Shown here in pieces: positions 26,356 to 37,642 of a stretch of DNA of 64,000 nt. Within the stretch, counting starts at the first letter, position 1, and the number at the start of each line of letters is the position of its first letter. This DNA is from a candidate division LCP-89 bacterium B3_LCP (GTDB lineage: Bacteria > Electryoneota > B3-LCP), in NCBI GenBank assembly GCA_005223185.1, contig NJBN01000007.1, positions 1 to 64,000 on the forward strand. Direction: 5' to 3'. The notes beneath the pieces were generated by a model. The model saw nothing but the letters and a program-made list of their open reading frames with translations, did no database searches and was not told the origin of the DNA. The position numbers and the translations under genes are program-made.

Positions 26356-27096
26356 TTACTCTTCTATAAGTTTAGGGAGAACTTCTCCTGCTTTTTCGTG
26401 AACGATCCATTTCGCTAGATGATCCACTGGCGTGGGATCGACGTTGATGATGGCAAGCTCGGCCCCCGCTTCCACGGCGACCACAGGCGCCTGCGCGGCG
26501 GGATAAACGACCAATGAACTTCCTACAACCAGGAATAAAGAACATTGACGAGCCAGGTCAAAAGCTTTTTCAATCGCGCCTGGCGGGAGCATTTCACCGA
26601 AAAACACAATGTCCGGACGCAAAATACCTCCACAATCTGTGCAGATCGGGGGATTTGCCTTTTCCACAGCTTCCTCAGCTTCAGGTAAGTTATATCCTTT
26701 ACGGCATTTCATGCAGTGAAATGCGCGGGATGATCCGTGCAATTCAATTACATTTTGCGAACCAGCCACTTGATGAAGACCATCGATATTCTGGGTTATG
26801 ACAGCGTTTACCTTGCTCTTCTCTTCAAGTTCTGCCAGAGCAATATGAGCTGAGTTTGGCTTAGCATCATGCAGCAACGGTCCCCGCGTGTCCTTGAAGA
26901 AAGACCAATAGTAAGAAGGATCTTTCTCAAAATATGCTATCGAGGCATACTTATCAGGATCGTATTTTGTCCAGAATCCATCTGTGCCCCGGTAGGTGGG
27001 TATTCCGGATTCTTCGGATACTCCCGCTCCGGTAAAGGCAACTACATTGCCCTTGGCAATAGCTTCACACAAGCCTGATAAATCATCTGATGGCAT
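26356..27096 (-). CDS. cobB: NAD-dependent protein deacylase (sirtuin/CobB)
   Basis: GAGVSEESGIPTYRG and a Zn-binding CxxC ... CxxC module. Confidence 0.85.
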   Translation of the reverse strand: MPSDDLSGLCEAIAKGNVVAFTGAGVSEESGIPTYRGTDGFWTKYDPDKYASIAYFEKDPSYYWSFFKDTRGPLLHDAKPNSAHIALAELEEKSKVNAVITQNIDGLHQVAGSQNVIELHGSSRAFHCMKCRKGYNLPEAEEAVEKANPPICTDCGGILRPDIVFFGEMLPPGAIEKAFDLARQCSLFLVVGSSLVVYPAAQAPVVAVEAGAELAIINVDPTPVDHLAKWIVHEKAGEVLPKLIEE

Positions 27097-27289
27097 TGAT
27101 ATATATGAAGTTATAGTTGTGTTCTATGAGAAATAGTGCTTACTTTGAGTATAAGTAATATTCAATCCAATTACAAGTATTTTTCCTGTTATCCGGTAAA
27201 CATCATTCACTTCTGCGTTCCTCATTTGCACATTAATAGTTGACTTTGTGCAGAAGTAATTTTATCTTATTGTTTTAACATAATTCTAA

Positions 27290-28270
27290 TTGCTGATGTT
27301 CACCAGAATAAAGCCCAAAGTTGGATTAGCCTTAGGCGGCGGCGGAGCCCGGGGATTCGCTCACTTAGGAATTTTGAATATTCTTGAGAAAGAAGGCTTT
27401 CCGGTTGACCTCATCGTGGGCACAAGCATGGGCGCAATCGTCGGTTCACTATACGCTCGCCTGAATTCCGCTAAAGTCGCCACAGAACATTTTCAGCAGA
27501 TTTTAAATGAAAACAAATCTGACGTACACGAACTGAACGTCTATCAGAATGATGGCAAGGGCGATCATCTGTTCGATCATATCGCTCGGGAGATTAAACA
27601 GCGGATCACCATCAACCTGTCAATTTCAAGGCAATCGCTCTTTTCATCTGAGCGATTGCAACGAGCGGTACACTGCCTGTTTGATGACTGCCAGATAGAG
27701 GAATTGCCCATAAAATTCGCTGCTGCCGCTTCAGATCTTATTTCCGGTAAGGGAGTTATAATAAATAAGGGTTCTTTGAGAAATGCCGTGATTGCCAGTT
27801 CTTCTATTCCGGGCTTTTTCCCACCGGTAAGTATTAAGGATTATCTTTTGGTCGATGGTGAGGTAACCGACTTAATTCCAGTGGAAGCATGTTACGCTTT
27901 AGGTGCGGATATGGTAATAGCCGTTGACGTCCGCAGAACATCCCAGACAACGCAAAAGTTTCAGCACACGATCGATATTTTCATGCGTTCCGCTCAGGTA
28001 ACTGGTTACCGCTACACCGACACGTTGTTGAAAAATGCGGATTTTGTCATTCGCCCGACTCTGTTGGACGTCCATTGGTCAGATTTTGATCGCTTCAGAG
28101 AGATGGTTAATTCCGGTGAAGAGGCTGCAGCTAACTGCTTATCAGATTTACAAGCAATATTCACTTCCAGACAAAGCGGTGGTATTCTCAACAAACTAAA
28201 GAAGAAACATAAGAACCGTGATAACGTATCACACTTAGAACATATAGACCTGATCGAATTTCCGCCTTAA
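27290..28270 (+). CDS. Patatin-like phospholipase
   Basis: GGGARG oxyanion motif and GTSMG nucleophile elbow; DGE/DGG motif. Confidence 0.85.
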   Translation: MLMFTRIKPKVGLALGGGGARGFAHLGILNILEKEGFPVDLIVGTSMGAIVGSLYARLNSAKVATEHFQQILNENKSDVHELNVYQNDGKGDHLFDHIAREIKQRITINLSISRQSLFSSERLQRAVHCLFDDCQIEELPIKFAAAASDLISGKGVIINKGSLRNAVIASSSIPGFFPPVSIKDYLLVDGEVTDLIPVEACYALGADMVIAVDVRRTSQTTQKFQHTIDIFMRSAQVTGYRYTDTLLKNADFVIRPTLLDVHWSDFDRFREMVNSGEEAAANCLSDLQAIFTSRQSGGILNKLKKKHKNRDNVSHLEHIDLIEFPP

Positions 28271-28315
28271 TAGGCAGGGAGATCACTAAAGACCCGAATA
28301 GCTTCAGGAATAGCG

Positions 28316-31276
28316 ATGAACATAAAACATCCTAAAGTTCAAATGAACATGACATGTTTCATTTGGATTCTTATAGCCCTATTCACAGTTCTAACCCGAC
28401 CTACGGACGCACAGCCGTCGATCGGTCTTGATGCTATCGAAGCGATAGATGAATTGCCTCTCTACATACAGGGGATAACTGCTGACCAGGTCTCCAGCTC
28501 GGATCAAACCGGCGGAAACAGCGACCGCAGTGGTTACCTCTACCAGAATGATTCGTTGTACGTCATTTTCGATAAAGAAGGACCGGGGTGTATTTACCGG
28601 ATGTGGGTTCGCGGCACTACTACTTCTGCAAACCGAAGGATGGTCTTCTATTTCGATGGTGAAGAAGAACCGACCATAGATGCTACCGTGCAACAGCTTT
28701 TTTCAGGGCTATACAGCCCAATGTTAGAACCTCTGGCTGGCGGGATCAATGTTTCCGAGGGTGGAAACTACTGTTATTATCCGATAAAATATGCAGAACA
28801 TTTAAAGGTCGCATTTATAGATGACGTCGAACCTCACCAGATCTGTTACAAAACCTACCCATCAGCAACAGCTTTGACGTCGTACGATCCTGCCGAATTG
28901 CCCACCAACGTTTTATCGCAGTGGCAGAATACAGGTACAGATCCTAAAGACCCAACCGGTAATAATTATTCCAACGGTTCGCTGACAGTTGGGATCAGTT
29001 CAACTGAGACTATATTTACCTATTCCGGCAGCGGCAGCATAACCGGCATTCATTTCACACCTTCGCCTTTAACTTCCAGCATGCTGGGAAGCCTCAGGCT
29101 GCGTTTTTATTGGGACGACAGTATCGATCCACAGGTGGAATGTAGCTTTGGAAGCTTCTTCGGAAATTCATTGAGTACTTCTAATGTTGACGGTCTGTTA
29201 GTCGGTGTCACCGGCGACGTTTATTACTGCTACTTTCCCATGCCTTTCTGGGATAACGCCCACCTTGACGTATATAATTCTTCCCTGAATCAAGCTGTCG
29301 ATATAGATTATGAGATCTCCTACAAGGCGGATATTCCTCCAGAAGACCATGGTTACTTTACCGCCAAGCTGCTTGAATTCACACAATCTGTTCCCGGGCA
29401 GGATATGTTGTTTGGCGAACTGTTCGGTCATGGTAATTTTGTAGGTATGGTCGTTACAATCAGCTCTTCACAATGGCCGGATTTTTTAGGCGGTGATATG
29501 CGCATCTACCTGGATGGTCAAGCCAGTCCTTTTTTCCAGGGCACCGATTTTGACGGTGATTTCAACGCAGGAGATTATTTCGCTTCAGGGATCTTCTCGC
29601 TGCCCATTCACGGAGCACCAGCTATACAAACTGGTTTTGAAAGAAAGATATGCACCTATCGCTTCATGCTTGGTGATCTGATACCGTACGGCAACTCCAT
29701 TCGCATTCTGGCTGAACACGGTCATGATAATCTGGAATTGATAGAATATGCAGCTACGATTTATTCCTATAACCACAGCGAAGTCGCGCTAATTCTGTCC
29801 GATCATCTGGACGTGGGCGACCCGGCAGAAGAAGCGACACACAGTTATGTTAACCAGGGAACAGTTTCGCAGGAAACGCATTACTACGCCTACCCCGGCA
29901 CCTACGATGATGAGTACTTCAGTGATACTGGATATATTATAGAAGGCGCCGCATCCTTCACCGCAACCATAGATCCTTATAATGAAGGCGTTCGCTTGGT
30001 GCGCAGGAGAGATGCTCTTCATTTCCCGCAATATGCGCAGGTTATAGTAAACGGCGATACTGTCGGCACCTGGTGGGATATGGAGAATAACTACTACAAA
30101 CGTTGGGCTCTATCTTCATTTGAAATACCGCCACAATATACACAGTCCCTTTCTGAGATTGACATTTCTATAGCCTCCGGCGATAGCGCTGACTGGACGG
30201 AATATTTCTACTGGATTTATTCGCATATTCCACCCCGAGAAGACCTGCTACCACCGAATCAGGTAACAAGCGTATCCATCGAGGCACTGGAAAATGGATC
30301 GGAGCTATTCCTGCAGTGGGATATCCCCTTTGATAATTCCGGCGTCTCCGGATATAGAATATATAGGGACGTTACCACCGGAGTACAAGCAACTGAAGAA
30401 TTCTTAGTCGGGCAAACGGTGATGACGACATACACTGACACCGGCTTGATACCTGGAACCCAGTATTTCTACTTAGTGAGCGCTGTTGATTACAGCAGCA
30501 ATGAAGGTGAAGCTTCAGTTATCACAACTCAGATTACCGCAATAAATTTTATTTACGAGGCAGAAGAAATTGAGAGATTCTTGGGGAATTCCGGTGATCC
30601 TTACATTGTCGAAAACATGATGCAATACGGTGAAAACTGGAGTAATCAGCATCAATTGCTCTACTATTCTAACAATGTGGGTGATTACTTCAACATTCCC
30701 ATAGAAGCAGCTACGGCTGACACCTATCTCATCTCAGGCTATTGCACTATGGGATCGTTCTACGGTAATTTCAGACTGTGGGTAAATGAGGAACAAGTCA
30801 GCGACTACATATACCTTTACGACCCAAATACCATACGAAGTCCGCTGATTGAATTCGGATCGCACTATCTTGAAGAAGGTGAAAATGAATTCTCCTTCCA
30901 GGTTACCGGAAAAAACGTTGCCAGCACTGATTATTGCATCGGAGTTGACAACTTATTGATCACGCCATATTCGCTATTATCCGTGCCACCCTCTGCGCCG
31001 AACTCAACTCCTAATGAGTTCGGATTATCGCAGAATTTCCCCAACCCATTCAACGCCAGTACCCGCATCGCCTTCACTCTGCCCGTAGCAGGAAAAGTTC
31101 GCTTGACTATCTATGATATAGGAGGCCGTCTGGTAAGCAGGCTTCTGGATGGACGATTAACAGCAGGACAACAGAACATCACCTGGAATGCACAGGATTT
31201 TGCTTCTGGTATATACTTTGTCAGGTTAGAACAAGAAAGCAGAAAAACCACGCGTAAGATGGTGCTGATGAAATAG
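28316..31276 (+). CDS. Large secreted multidomain protein (beta-sandwich glycosidase-like domain, FN3 domain) with T9SS C-terminal sorting domain
   Basis: Signal peptide; FN3-like segment PPNQVTSVS ... SGYRIYRD; C-terminus QNFPNPFNASTRIAF ... KMVLMK; assignment of the N-terminal domain is tentative. Confidence 0.7.
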   Translation: MNIKHPKVQMNMTCFIWILIALFTVLTRPTDAQPSIGLDAIEAIDELPLYIQGITADQVSSSDQTGGNSDRSGYLYQNDSLYVIFDKEGPGCIYRMWVRGTTTSANRRMVFYFDGEEEPTIDATVQQLFSGLYSPMLEPLAGGINVSEGGNYCYYPIKYAEHLKVAFIDDVEPHQICYKTYPSATALTSYDPAELPTNVLSQWQNTGTDPKDPTGNNYSNGSLTVGISSTETIFTYSGSGSITGIHFTPSPLTSSMLGSLRLRFYWDDSIDPQVECSFGSFFGNSLSTSNVDGLLVGVTGDVYYCYFPMPFWDNAHLDVYNSSLNQAVDIDYEISYKADIPPEDHGYFTAKLLEFTQSVPGQDMLFGELFGHGNFVGMVVTISSSQWPDFLGGDMRIYLDGQASPFFQGTDFDGDFNAGDYFASGIFSLPIHGAPAIQTGFERKICTYRFMLGDLIPYGNSIRILAEHGHDNLELIEYAATIYSYNHSEVALILSDHLDVGDPAEEATHSYVNQGTVSQETHYYAYPGTYDDEYFSDTGYIIEGAASFTATIDPYNEGVRLVRRRDALHFPQYAQVIVNGDTVGTWWDMENNYYKRWALSSFEIPPQYTQSLSEIDISIASGDSADWTEYFYWIYSHIPPREDLLPPNQVTSVSIEALENGSELFLQWDIPFDNSGVSGYRIYRDVTTGVQATEEFLVGQTVMTTYTDTGLIPGTQYFYLVSAVDYSSNEGEASVITTQITAINFIYEAEEIERFLGNSGDPYIVENMMQYGENWSNQHQLLYYSNNVGDYFNIPIEAATADTYLISGYCTMGSFYGNFRLWVNEEQVSDYIYLYDPNTIRSPLIEFGSHYLEEGENEFSFQVTGKNVASTDYCIGVDNLLITPYSLLSVPPSAPNSTPNEFGLSQNFPNPFNASTRIAFTLPVAGKVRLTIYDIGGRLVSRLLDGRLTAGQQNITWNAQDFASGIYFVRLEQESRKTTRKMVLMK

Positions 31277-31302
31277 TATTTTCCATATATGATAAAAGTT
31301 AA

Positions 31303-32706
31303 ATGACTAAACAATCAAAATATGACCTCACTATAATCGGATCAGGACCCGGCGGTTATGTCGCCGCTATCCGCGCTGCGCAATTAGGAATGAAAGTCGC
31401 CGTAATTGAGCGTGAAAAGGTTGGTGGCGTCTGCCTGAACTGGGGCTGCATCCCTACCAAAGCGCTATTAAAATCAGCCGAAGTTGTGCGTATAGCTAAA
31501 AAATCCCGCGAATTCGGCGTGCATTGCGAGAATGTAACGGTGGATTTCCCCGCGGTAATTAAACGCAGCCGCCAGGTGGCTAATCGGCTTTCCAAGGGTG
31601 TAGGATATCTTCTAAAACAGAACAACGTGGAAATTATCCATGGCACCGGATCTTTTTTAGATCCACACGAATTAGCTATCACCGATGCAGCAGGGAAAGA
31701 ACTGCAATCAATTGAATCACAGTATTATCTGATATCGACCGGCGCCCGCCCTCGCAATCTGCCCGGACTTGAACTTGACGAAAAGAAACTGATTTCCTAT
31801 CGCCGCGCCATGACGCTGGAAGAAATGCCATCTTCCATGATAATTATCGGCGCGGGCGCAATAGGCGTTGAATTTGCCTATTTTTATAACTCAATGGGTA
31901 CGGACGTTACCCTGATAGAAATGCTTCCGCAAATATTACCCTTAGAAGATGCGGAAATCGTCGAACCTCTGCATAGAGCTTTAAAAAAGTCAGGCCTTAA
32001 GATCGCTGTAGATACCAGGATCGAAAAAGTTGATAGATTGGCTGCAGGCGTTACAGTTCATGGTACTACACCTGATGGCGAACAGAAATGGCAGGCGGAA
32101 GTCTGTCTGGTTGCCGTAGGCGTTCAGGCTAATTCTGACGGAATGGGCCTGGAAACTTTGGGAATTCAAACGGAAAATGGATTTATTATAACGGACGACG
32201 CTTATCGCACCTCTGTCCCCCATATCAGTGCTATAGGCGATGTCATTGGTGCGCCCATGTTAGCGCACGCAGCCTCCCATGAAGGAATCGCAGCAGTAGA
32301 AGCCATGGCAGGTTCACATGTGCATAGGATCGAACCGGATAGGATACCATCCTGTACTTACTGCCACCCCCAGGTTGCTTCTATCGGTTTGACTGAAAGC
32401 CAGGCGGTAGAAAAGGGCTACGAGGTGAATATCGGCAGGTTTCCCTTTGTGGCAGCCGGCAAGGCGGTCGCTTATGGCGAGAGAGATGGTTTGGTGAAGC
32501 TTATCTTCAACAAGGAAGACCAAAAACTATTGGGAGCTCACATCGTCGGTCTTGAAGCAACCGAACTGATAGCTGAGTTAGGTTTGGCACAGGCAATGGG
32601 GGCTTCTCCCGAAAGCATCGCCTGGGCTGTGCATGCGCATCCCACATTATCAGAAGCAGTATCCGAAGCAGCGCTGGATGCGCTGGGACGAGCTATACAT
32701 AAATAG
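31303..32706 (+). CDS. lpdA: Dihydrolipoyl dehydrogenase
   Basis: GSGPGGYVAAIRAAQLG FAD motif and redox disulfide GGVCLNWGCIPTKALL. Confidence 0.9.
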   Translation: MTKQSKYDLTIIGSGPGGYVAAIRAAQLGMKVAVIEREKVGGVCLNWGCIPTKALLKSAEVVRIAKKSREFGVHCENVTVDFPAVIKRSRQVANRLSKGVGYLLKQNNVEIIHGTGSFLDPHELAITDAAGKELQSIESQYYLISTGARPRNLPGLELDEKKLISYRRAMTLEEMPSSMIIIGAGAIGVEFAYFYNSMGTDVTLIEMLPQILPLEDAEIVEPLHRALKKSGLKIAVDTRIEKVDRLAAGVTVHGTTPDGEQKWQAEVCLVAVGVQANSDGMGLETLGIQTENGFIITDDAYRTSVPHISAIGDVIGAPMLAHAASHEGIAAVEAMAGSHVHRIEPDRIPSCTYCHPQVASIGLTESQAVEKGYEVNIGRFPFVAAGKAVAYGERDGLVKLIFNKEDQKLLGAHIVGLEATELIAELGLAQAMGASPESIAWAVHAHPTLSEAVSEAALDALGRAIHK

Positions 32707-32712
32707 GAATTC

Positions 32713-33051
32713 ATGAAAACAGATCGACCCAACAAATCCGAAGAGAGTAAATCCCAATACACCTGGCCGGTTATTGCGGTTTTATCAGTACTGCCCCCGC
32801 TGCTCTTCTGGCTTACCATCAAATCCGGTTTCTCAGGAGGGATTGATCTCATATTCCGCTTCTGGCAATACCTGCCTGACTTTCTTCTTAACGTTATAAT
32901 AGTTCTCCTGCCAATTCCCCCTTTATTACTGGGTGTATATTCTCTTTGGCAGATATGGAAACGGAAGGCTAAGGGCATCTATTTCGGGTTGCTGAGCATC
33001 ATCGCCAGCGTTTTATTGATAATCTTCTGCACTATGACAATTATCCGATGA
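32713..33051 (+). CDS. Small membrane protein, unknown function
   Basis: 112 aa with 3-4 predicted TM helices; starts 7 nt after lpdA. Confidence 0.45.
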   Translation: MKTDRPNKSEESKSQYTWPVIAVLSVLPPLLFWLTIKSGFSGGIDLIFRFWQYLPDFLLNVIIVLLPIPPLLLGVYSLWQIWKRKAKGIYFGLLSIIASVLLIIFCTMTIIR

Positions 33052-33098
33052 TGCGGTGCGTATTTCTAAATATTGAGATTGCTGTAGGAGTCCCCTCT

Positions 33099-33746
33099 TC
33101 ACCAAATAAACCTGTACCCAATCCTGAACGTACCCAAAGTCTGTCCCGGTTTGCCCAGTTCAAGCACAGAGTTACCGGGATAAAACCACTGCTTATATCC
33201 TACCACGAAATTACCAATACCGATTAGCACACCTGGCGTTAAATATAAGTCGGTTCTGTACTTGTTTGTTGAACGCGACGTGTACTGTAACATGTCAATA
33301 ATATTATCCTGCGCATCCACCTCAAACTGAGTGATGTAAACAATACCAGAGCTCGATTGGATAATAACGCCACTGTTTAAAGTTAACCATCCCTTCCAAT
33401 GTGCATCCTCAGAATGCCCGAAGAACTTCAAGCGACCTTCCAAAAAGAAATCGAAGTTCACCAATTCAACTAACCTCTCCTCAAATTCCCACCAATCACT
33501 AAAACCGGGGATCGAATCAGCCGGAGTGGTCTCGTAATTGAACCTGTTGGATATGTTCAAAGCCAGCCCCGCGCCCAGGGAAAGCCATTTCCCCTCTAAG
33601 TATTCAGGTGTGAACGATCCGCAGAATCCCGGCGCCAGTCTGTCATATGGATCTATAAATCCAATGCTTATCTCACCCGTGATCTCGTGCGCCGAAGCGC
33701 TGTACGCTATTACAAACAGTGATAGTAGTATAATTGCTTTCTTCAT
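33099..33746 (-). CDS. Secreted beta-rich protein, possible outer-membrane beta-barrel
   Basis: Signal peptide MKKAIILLSLFVIAYSASA; alternating hydrophobic pattern; C-terminal aromatic residues. Confidence 0.5.
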   Translation of the reverse strand: MKKAIILLSLFVIAYSASAHEITGEISIGFIDPYDRLAPGFCGSFTPEYLEGKWLSLGAGLALNISNRFNYETTPADSIPGFSDWWEFEERLVELVNFDFFLEGRLKFFGHSEDAHWKGWLTLNSGVIIQSSSGIVYITQFEVDAQDNIIDMLQYTSRSTNKYRTDLYLTPGVLIGIGNFVVGYKQWFYPGNSVLELGKPGQTLGTFRIGYRFIW

Positions 33747-33854
33747 CTGTCCTGTACCTCATTTTCAGGTTATACGCTACAAAGTAAAGCTATTCTCCTT
33801 AAAAGTCAAGCGCAATTTATTCATAAGCAAAACCCGTTCCTCTTCGGTTAACTT

Positions 33855-33935
33855 CGTTTTTTGTGCTGCTGACTCCCTGTAGTCAGTAGCTAATATCGCA
33901 GCCGAGTGCAGGGACTCTACGGCACGGATAGTAAC
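33855..33935. repeat. E-module repeat (two hairpins with complementary loops)
   Basis: gctgctgact-ccctgt-agtcagtagc and ccgagt-gcaggg-actctacgg; paralog of 14216..14282. Confidence 0.6.
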
Positions 33936-34074
33936 AAAAAAGACTCTCATTGACTTTAGTCAATTGAATTTAAAGCGTGAGCACTGGAACTTCAGTCCAG
34001 TGCCGAAAGCGCAGAGTTCTCCCCCAATCTCATTTTCATTCATGAAGCGTTGCTTTGAAAGAAGAGATTTCGTA

Positions 34075-34192
34075 GATTGTAAGGGTAAACAGATTTTTAC
34101 GGAGCAGTCCGTCGGCTGACGGACGAAAACTCATTAAGCGTCCCACTTCAGTGGGACAGCATTAATTAGCGAGGAAATTCATTTCCTCGCGG
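34075..34192. repeat. Mosaic palindromic repeat, copy 3 (modules A, B, C)
   Basis: gtccgtcggctgacggac; gcgtcccacttcagtgggacagc; cgaggaaattcatttcctcg. Confidence 0.7.
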
Positions 34193-34216
34193 TATAAGAT
34201 TACTATAATCTACACC

Positions 34217-37084
34217 ATGACCAATCCACCTTTTTCCGACTCCATAGTAATCAAGGGCGCTCGAGAGCATAACCTGAAAAACATAGATCTGACTCTCCCC
34301 CGTAATAAGCTGATAGTTATTACCGGCATTTCCGGTTCAGGGAAGTCGTCGTTAGCCTTTGATACTCTATACGCCGAAGGTCAACGCCGCTACGTGGAAT
34401 CGCTATCCGCCTATGCCCGCCAATTCTTAGGTCTAATGGAAAAACCGGACGTAGATTTCATAGAGGGTCTTTCACCTGCTATTTCCATAGAACAGAAATC
34501 CACTCACAGAAATCCCCGTTCCACAGTAGCAACCGTTACGGAAATTTATGACTATTTGCGTCTTCTCTATGCTCGTATAGGCAAAGCATACTGCTACGAG
34601 TGCGGTCGCCCTATAGAGAAACAATCCGTACAAAACATCGTTGATCGAGTGTTAGAATTGGAATCCGGTACTCGTTTCGTAGTATTGGCTCCCATAGTTC
34701 GAGGGAGAAAAGGCGAATATCGCGAAATTTTAAGCGGGCTGAAGCGGGACGGTTACTTAAGGGTACGGATTGATGGTAAAACTCGTTCGCTGGATGAAAC
34801 GATCTCTCTGGACAAAAACAAGAAGCATAATATAGATGTAGTGATTGACCGCCTGGCAGTAGAGGGCGATCTGCGCATACGCTTGACCGATTCAGTGGAA
34901 ACCGCTCTTCGCCTGTCGTCAGGATTGGTTATCGTGGACGTCCAGGGGGGTTCAGAAATACTATTTTCCGAGCATTACAACTGCCCTGATTGCGGCATCA
35001 GTTATGAAGAATTAGAACCCCGCAGTTTCTCTTTCAACAGCCCCTATGGCGCTTGTTCCACCTGTTCCGGTTTGGGATTTACCCTGGAAATTGATCCCCA
35101 GAGGATTGTTCCCGATCCTTTCATCTCGGTCAGAAATGGAGCTATCGCTACTTTAAGCAACTGGAACGAAACCATGTGGCTCCGCATGCTGGAAACCGTA
35201 GCGGATCATTTCAACTTCTCACTGAGCGGTCCTTTTTCTAAGCTTGCCAAAAAAGATCAGGATATCTGTCTTTACGGTTCCGGAAAAGAAGAGATACGTT
35301 TTAAACTGATACACAAAGGCGGACGCGGTTCCTGGGAACACACAGGCGTGTGGGAAGGGGTTATTCCTAACCTGAAAAGGCGCTACCGCCAGACAACTTC
35401 CACCGGCATTCGGGAATGGATAGAAGGCTTCATGAGCGCTCTCCCCTGCCCTGGATGCAAAGGCGGGCGTCTGAAACCCGAAGCCCTCTCTGTGAAGGTC
35501 GCTGATTATAATATCTCAAACCTTACTGAACTCTCCATAAAGGATTCATTACGCTTTTTCCAGAACATAAAGCTTAGTTCAATAGAGCAGAAGATCTCCC
35601 AGCAGATTTTAAAAGAGATCAACGCCCGCTTGCAGTTCTTAGTTGACGTCGGTTTGGATTATTTAACCTTGGACCGTTCCGCTGGCACGATTTCCGGTGG
35701 AGAAGCACAGCGCATTCGTTTAGCCACTCAAATCGGTTCACAACTAGTCGGTGTGCTATACATCTTAGATGAGCCATCCATCGGCTTGCACCAGCGTGAT
35801 AACAAGCGCCTGATCGAAACTCTGAAACATCTTCGCGATCAGGGTAATACCATCATCGTGGTGGAACACGACCACGAAATGATTAATTCCGCGGATATTA
35901 TCGTTGACTTAGGACCAGGCGCTGGCAGACATGGTGGACAAGTGGTATCTTTCGGAAGACCCTCAGAGGTAGCAGCAGATGACAAATCCATAACAGGGCG
36001 CTTTCTATCAGGAAAGGAACAGATAGAGATCCCACCAAAACGCCGCAAGGGAAATAAGAAGAGGCTTTCCCTGTTCGGAGCAACCGGAAATAACCTGAAA
36101 TCCGTGAATCTGCATCTATCTTTGGGCAGTTTCGTATGCGTCACCGGTGTCTCCGGGTCAGGGAAGTCCACACTACTGAACGAAACGTTGTACAAAGCCC
36201 TCTGTCGAAATATATATAAATCCAAGGATAAACCGCTGCCTTTCAAACGCCTGACTGGCGTGGAATTCGTTGATAAGGTGATCAACATTGACCAATCACC
36301 CATCGGGCGTACCCCTCGTTCTAACCCTGCAACTTACACCGGCCTCTTCACTCCTATCCGAGACCTCTTTTCAGAGTTGAAAGAATCCAAAAAACGCGGT
36401 TATAAACCCGGACGGTTCAGCTTCAATGTTAAAGGTGGTCGCTGCGAAGCCTGCCATGGTGACGGTATCATAAAGATTGAAATGCACTTCTTGCCCGATG
36501 TGTACATCCCCTGTGAAGTATGCAAAAGCAAGCGCTACAACCGCGAAACTCTAGAGATTAAATATCGCGGCAAATCCATCGCCGACGTCCTGGATATGAC
36601 GGCGGAAGAGGCGCTGGAGTTCTTCCATGCTCATCCGGTCATACGAAGGAAATTAGAGACTATCGTCAGAGTGGGTCTGGGGTACATTCATTTAGGTCAG
36701 CAGGCAACGACTTTATCTGGCGGTGAGGCTCAGCGGGTCAAATTGTCAACTGAGCTATCAAAAATCCAGACCGGCAACACGCTCTACCTGCTGGACGAAC
36801 CGACAACCGGTCTCCACTTTGCTGATATAAGACTTCTGTTGTCAGTCCTCCATGAATTGGTGGAAAAGGGTAATACCGTATTAGTGATAGAACACAACTT
36901 AGATGTGATAAAGACTGCTGATTATATCGTAGATCTGGGTCCGGAAGGTGGCGATGAAGGTGGTCGTATAATTGCACGGGGAACGCCTGAAAGTTTAGCT
37001 AAGTCTGAGCTTTCATATACGGGCAGGTTCCTTCGTCAGCAGCTTCACATTGGAAAACCTGCTGAAGAGGAATTGATAAATTAA
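34217..37084 (+). CDS. uvrA: Excinuclease ABC subunit A
   Basis: Two ABC ATPase modules ([23 protein letters not shown]), zinc fingers, 955 aa. Confidence 0.95.
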   Translation: MTNPPFSDSIVIKGAREHNLKNIDLTLPRNKLIVITGISGSGKSSLAFDTLYAEGQRRYVESLSAYARQFLGLMEKPDVDFIEGLSPAISIEQKSTHRNPRSTVATVTEIYDYLRLLYARIGKAYCYECGRPIEKQSVQNIVDRVLELESGTRFVVLAPIVRGRKGEYREILSGLKRDGYLRVRIDGKTRSLDETISLDKNKKHNIDVVIDRLAVEGDLRIRLTDSVETALRLSSGLVIVDVQGGSEILFSEHYNCPDCGISYEELEPRSFSFNSPYGACSTCSGLGFTLEIDPQRIVPDPFISVRNGAIATLSNWNETMWLRMLETVADHFNFSLSGPFSKLAKKDQDICLYGSGKEEIRFKLIHKGGRGSWEHTGVWEGVIPNLKRRYRQTTSTGIREWIEGFMSALPCPGCKGGRLKPEALSVKVADYNISNLTELSIKDSLRFFQNIKLSSIEQKISQQILKEINARLQFLVDVGLDYLTLDRSAGTISGGEAQRIRLATQIGSQLVGVLYILDEPSIGLHQRDNKRLIETLKHLRDQGNTIIVVEHDHEMINSADIIVDLGPGAGRHGGQVVSFGRPSEVAADDKSITGRFLSGKEQIEIPPKRRKGNKKRLSLFGATGNNLKSVNLHLSLGSFVCVTGVSGSGKSTLLNETLYKALCRNIYKSKDKPLPFKRLTGVEFVDKVINIDQSPIGRTPRSNPATYTGLFTPIRDLFSELKESKKRGYKPGRFSFNVKGGRCEACHGDGIIKIEMHFLPDVYIPCEVCKSKRYNRETLEIKYRGKSIADVLDMTAEEALEFFHAHPVIRRKLETIVRVGLGYIHLGQQATTLSGGEAQRVKLSTELSKIQTGNTLYLLDEPTTGLHFADIRLLLSVLHELVEKGNTVLVIEHNLDVIKTADYIVDLGPEGGDEGGRIIARGTPESLAKSELSYTGRFLRQQLHIGKPAEEELIN

Positions 37085-37298
37085 TAAACACGGCAATTAA
37101 CGCTATTTGAAAAGAGCTTTTCATCGTATTTGAAACAGGCTAACCGACTGAATTTACTATATATTTAAATATCAGTGAGTTATAAATAATAAAATTCTGT
37201 AAATACTGAAATTTTTACTTGCATAAAATAATTGCCTTGGCTATATTACCCGCCAAAGCCAACAAAAAACACTAATTTCGACACAGGAGGTACGAATT

Positions 37299-37454
37299 AT
37301 GGCCGACGGTACAACAGGTTATTGTGTTAAATGCAAAGCCAAGGTCGAGCTGAAAGACGCACAGAAAATCACTATGAAGAACGGACGTCCTGCCATGAAG
37401 GGCAAGTGCTCCACATGTGGCACATCTGTTTTTCGCATTCTCCCCAGTAAGTAG
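37299..37454 (+). CDS. Small zinc-ribbon protein (51 aa), unknown function; not in the ORF track
   Basis: Strong RBS aggagg 8 nt upstream; MADGTTGYCVKCKAKVELKDAQKITMKNGRPAMKGKCSTCGTSVFRILPSK; CxxC-x25-CxxC. Confidence 0.55.
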   Translation: MADGTTGYCVKCKAKVELKDAQKITMKNGRPAMKGKCSTCGTSVFRILPSK

Positions 37455-37498
37455 AATCAGCGAAATTCTAAAGAAGCACTTAGCAGCTTAAATGACAT

Positions 37499-37537
37499 TA
37501 GTGTCTCATACTCACCTGAGTATTGAGGCACTTTTTT
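37499..37537 (+). terminator. Putative Rho-independent terminator
   Basis: Imperfect hairpin gtgtctcatactc ... agtattgaggcac followed by tttttt. Confidence 0.5.
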
Positions 37538-37642
37538 ATGGAACCGTTCTTGCATTAACGAAGACAATGCGGCTTCATGGAAACTTTTGCTCACCGAAAT
37601 ATCTTTAAATAAAGACCGGGGTTTAATTCCCATTACTGAATA

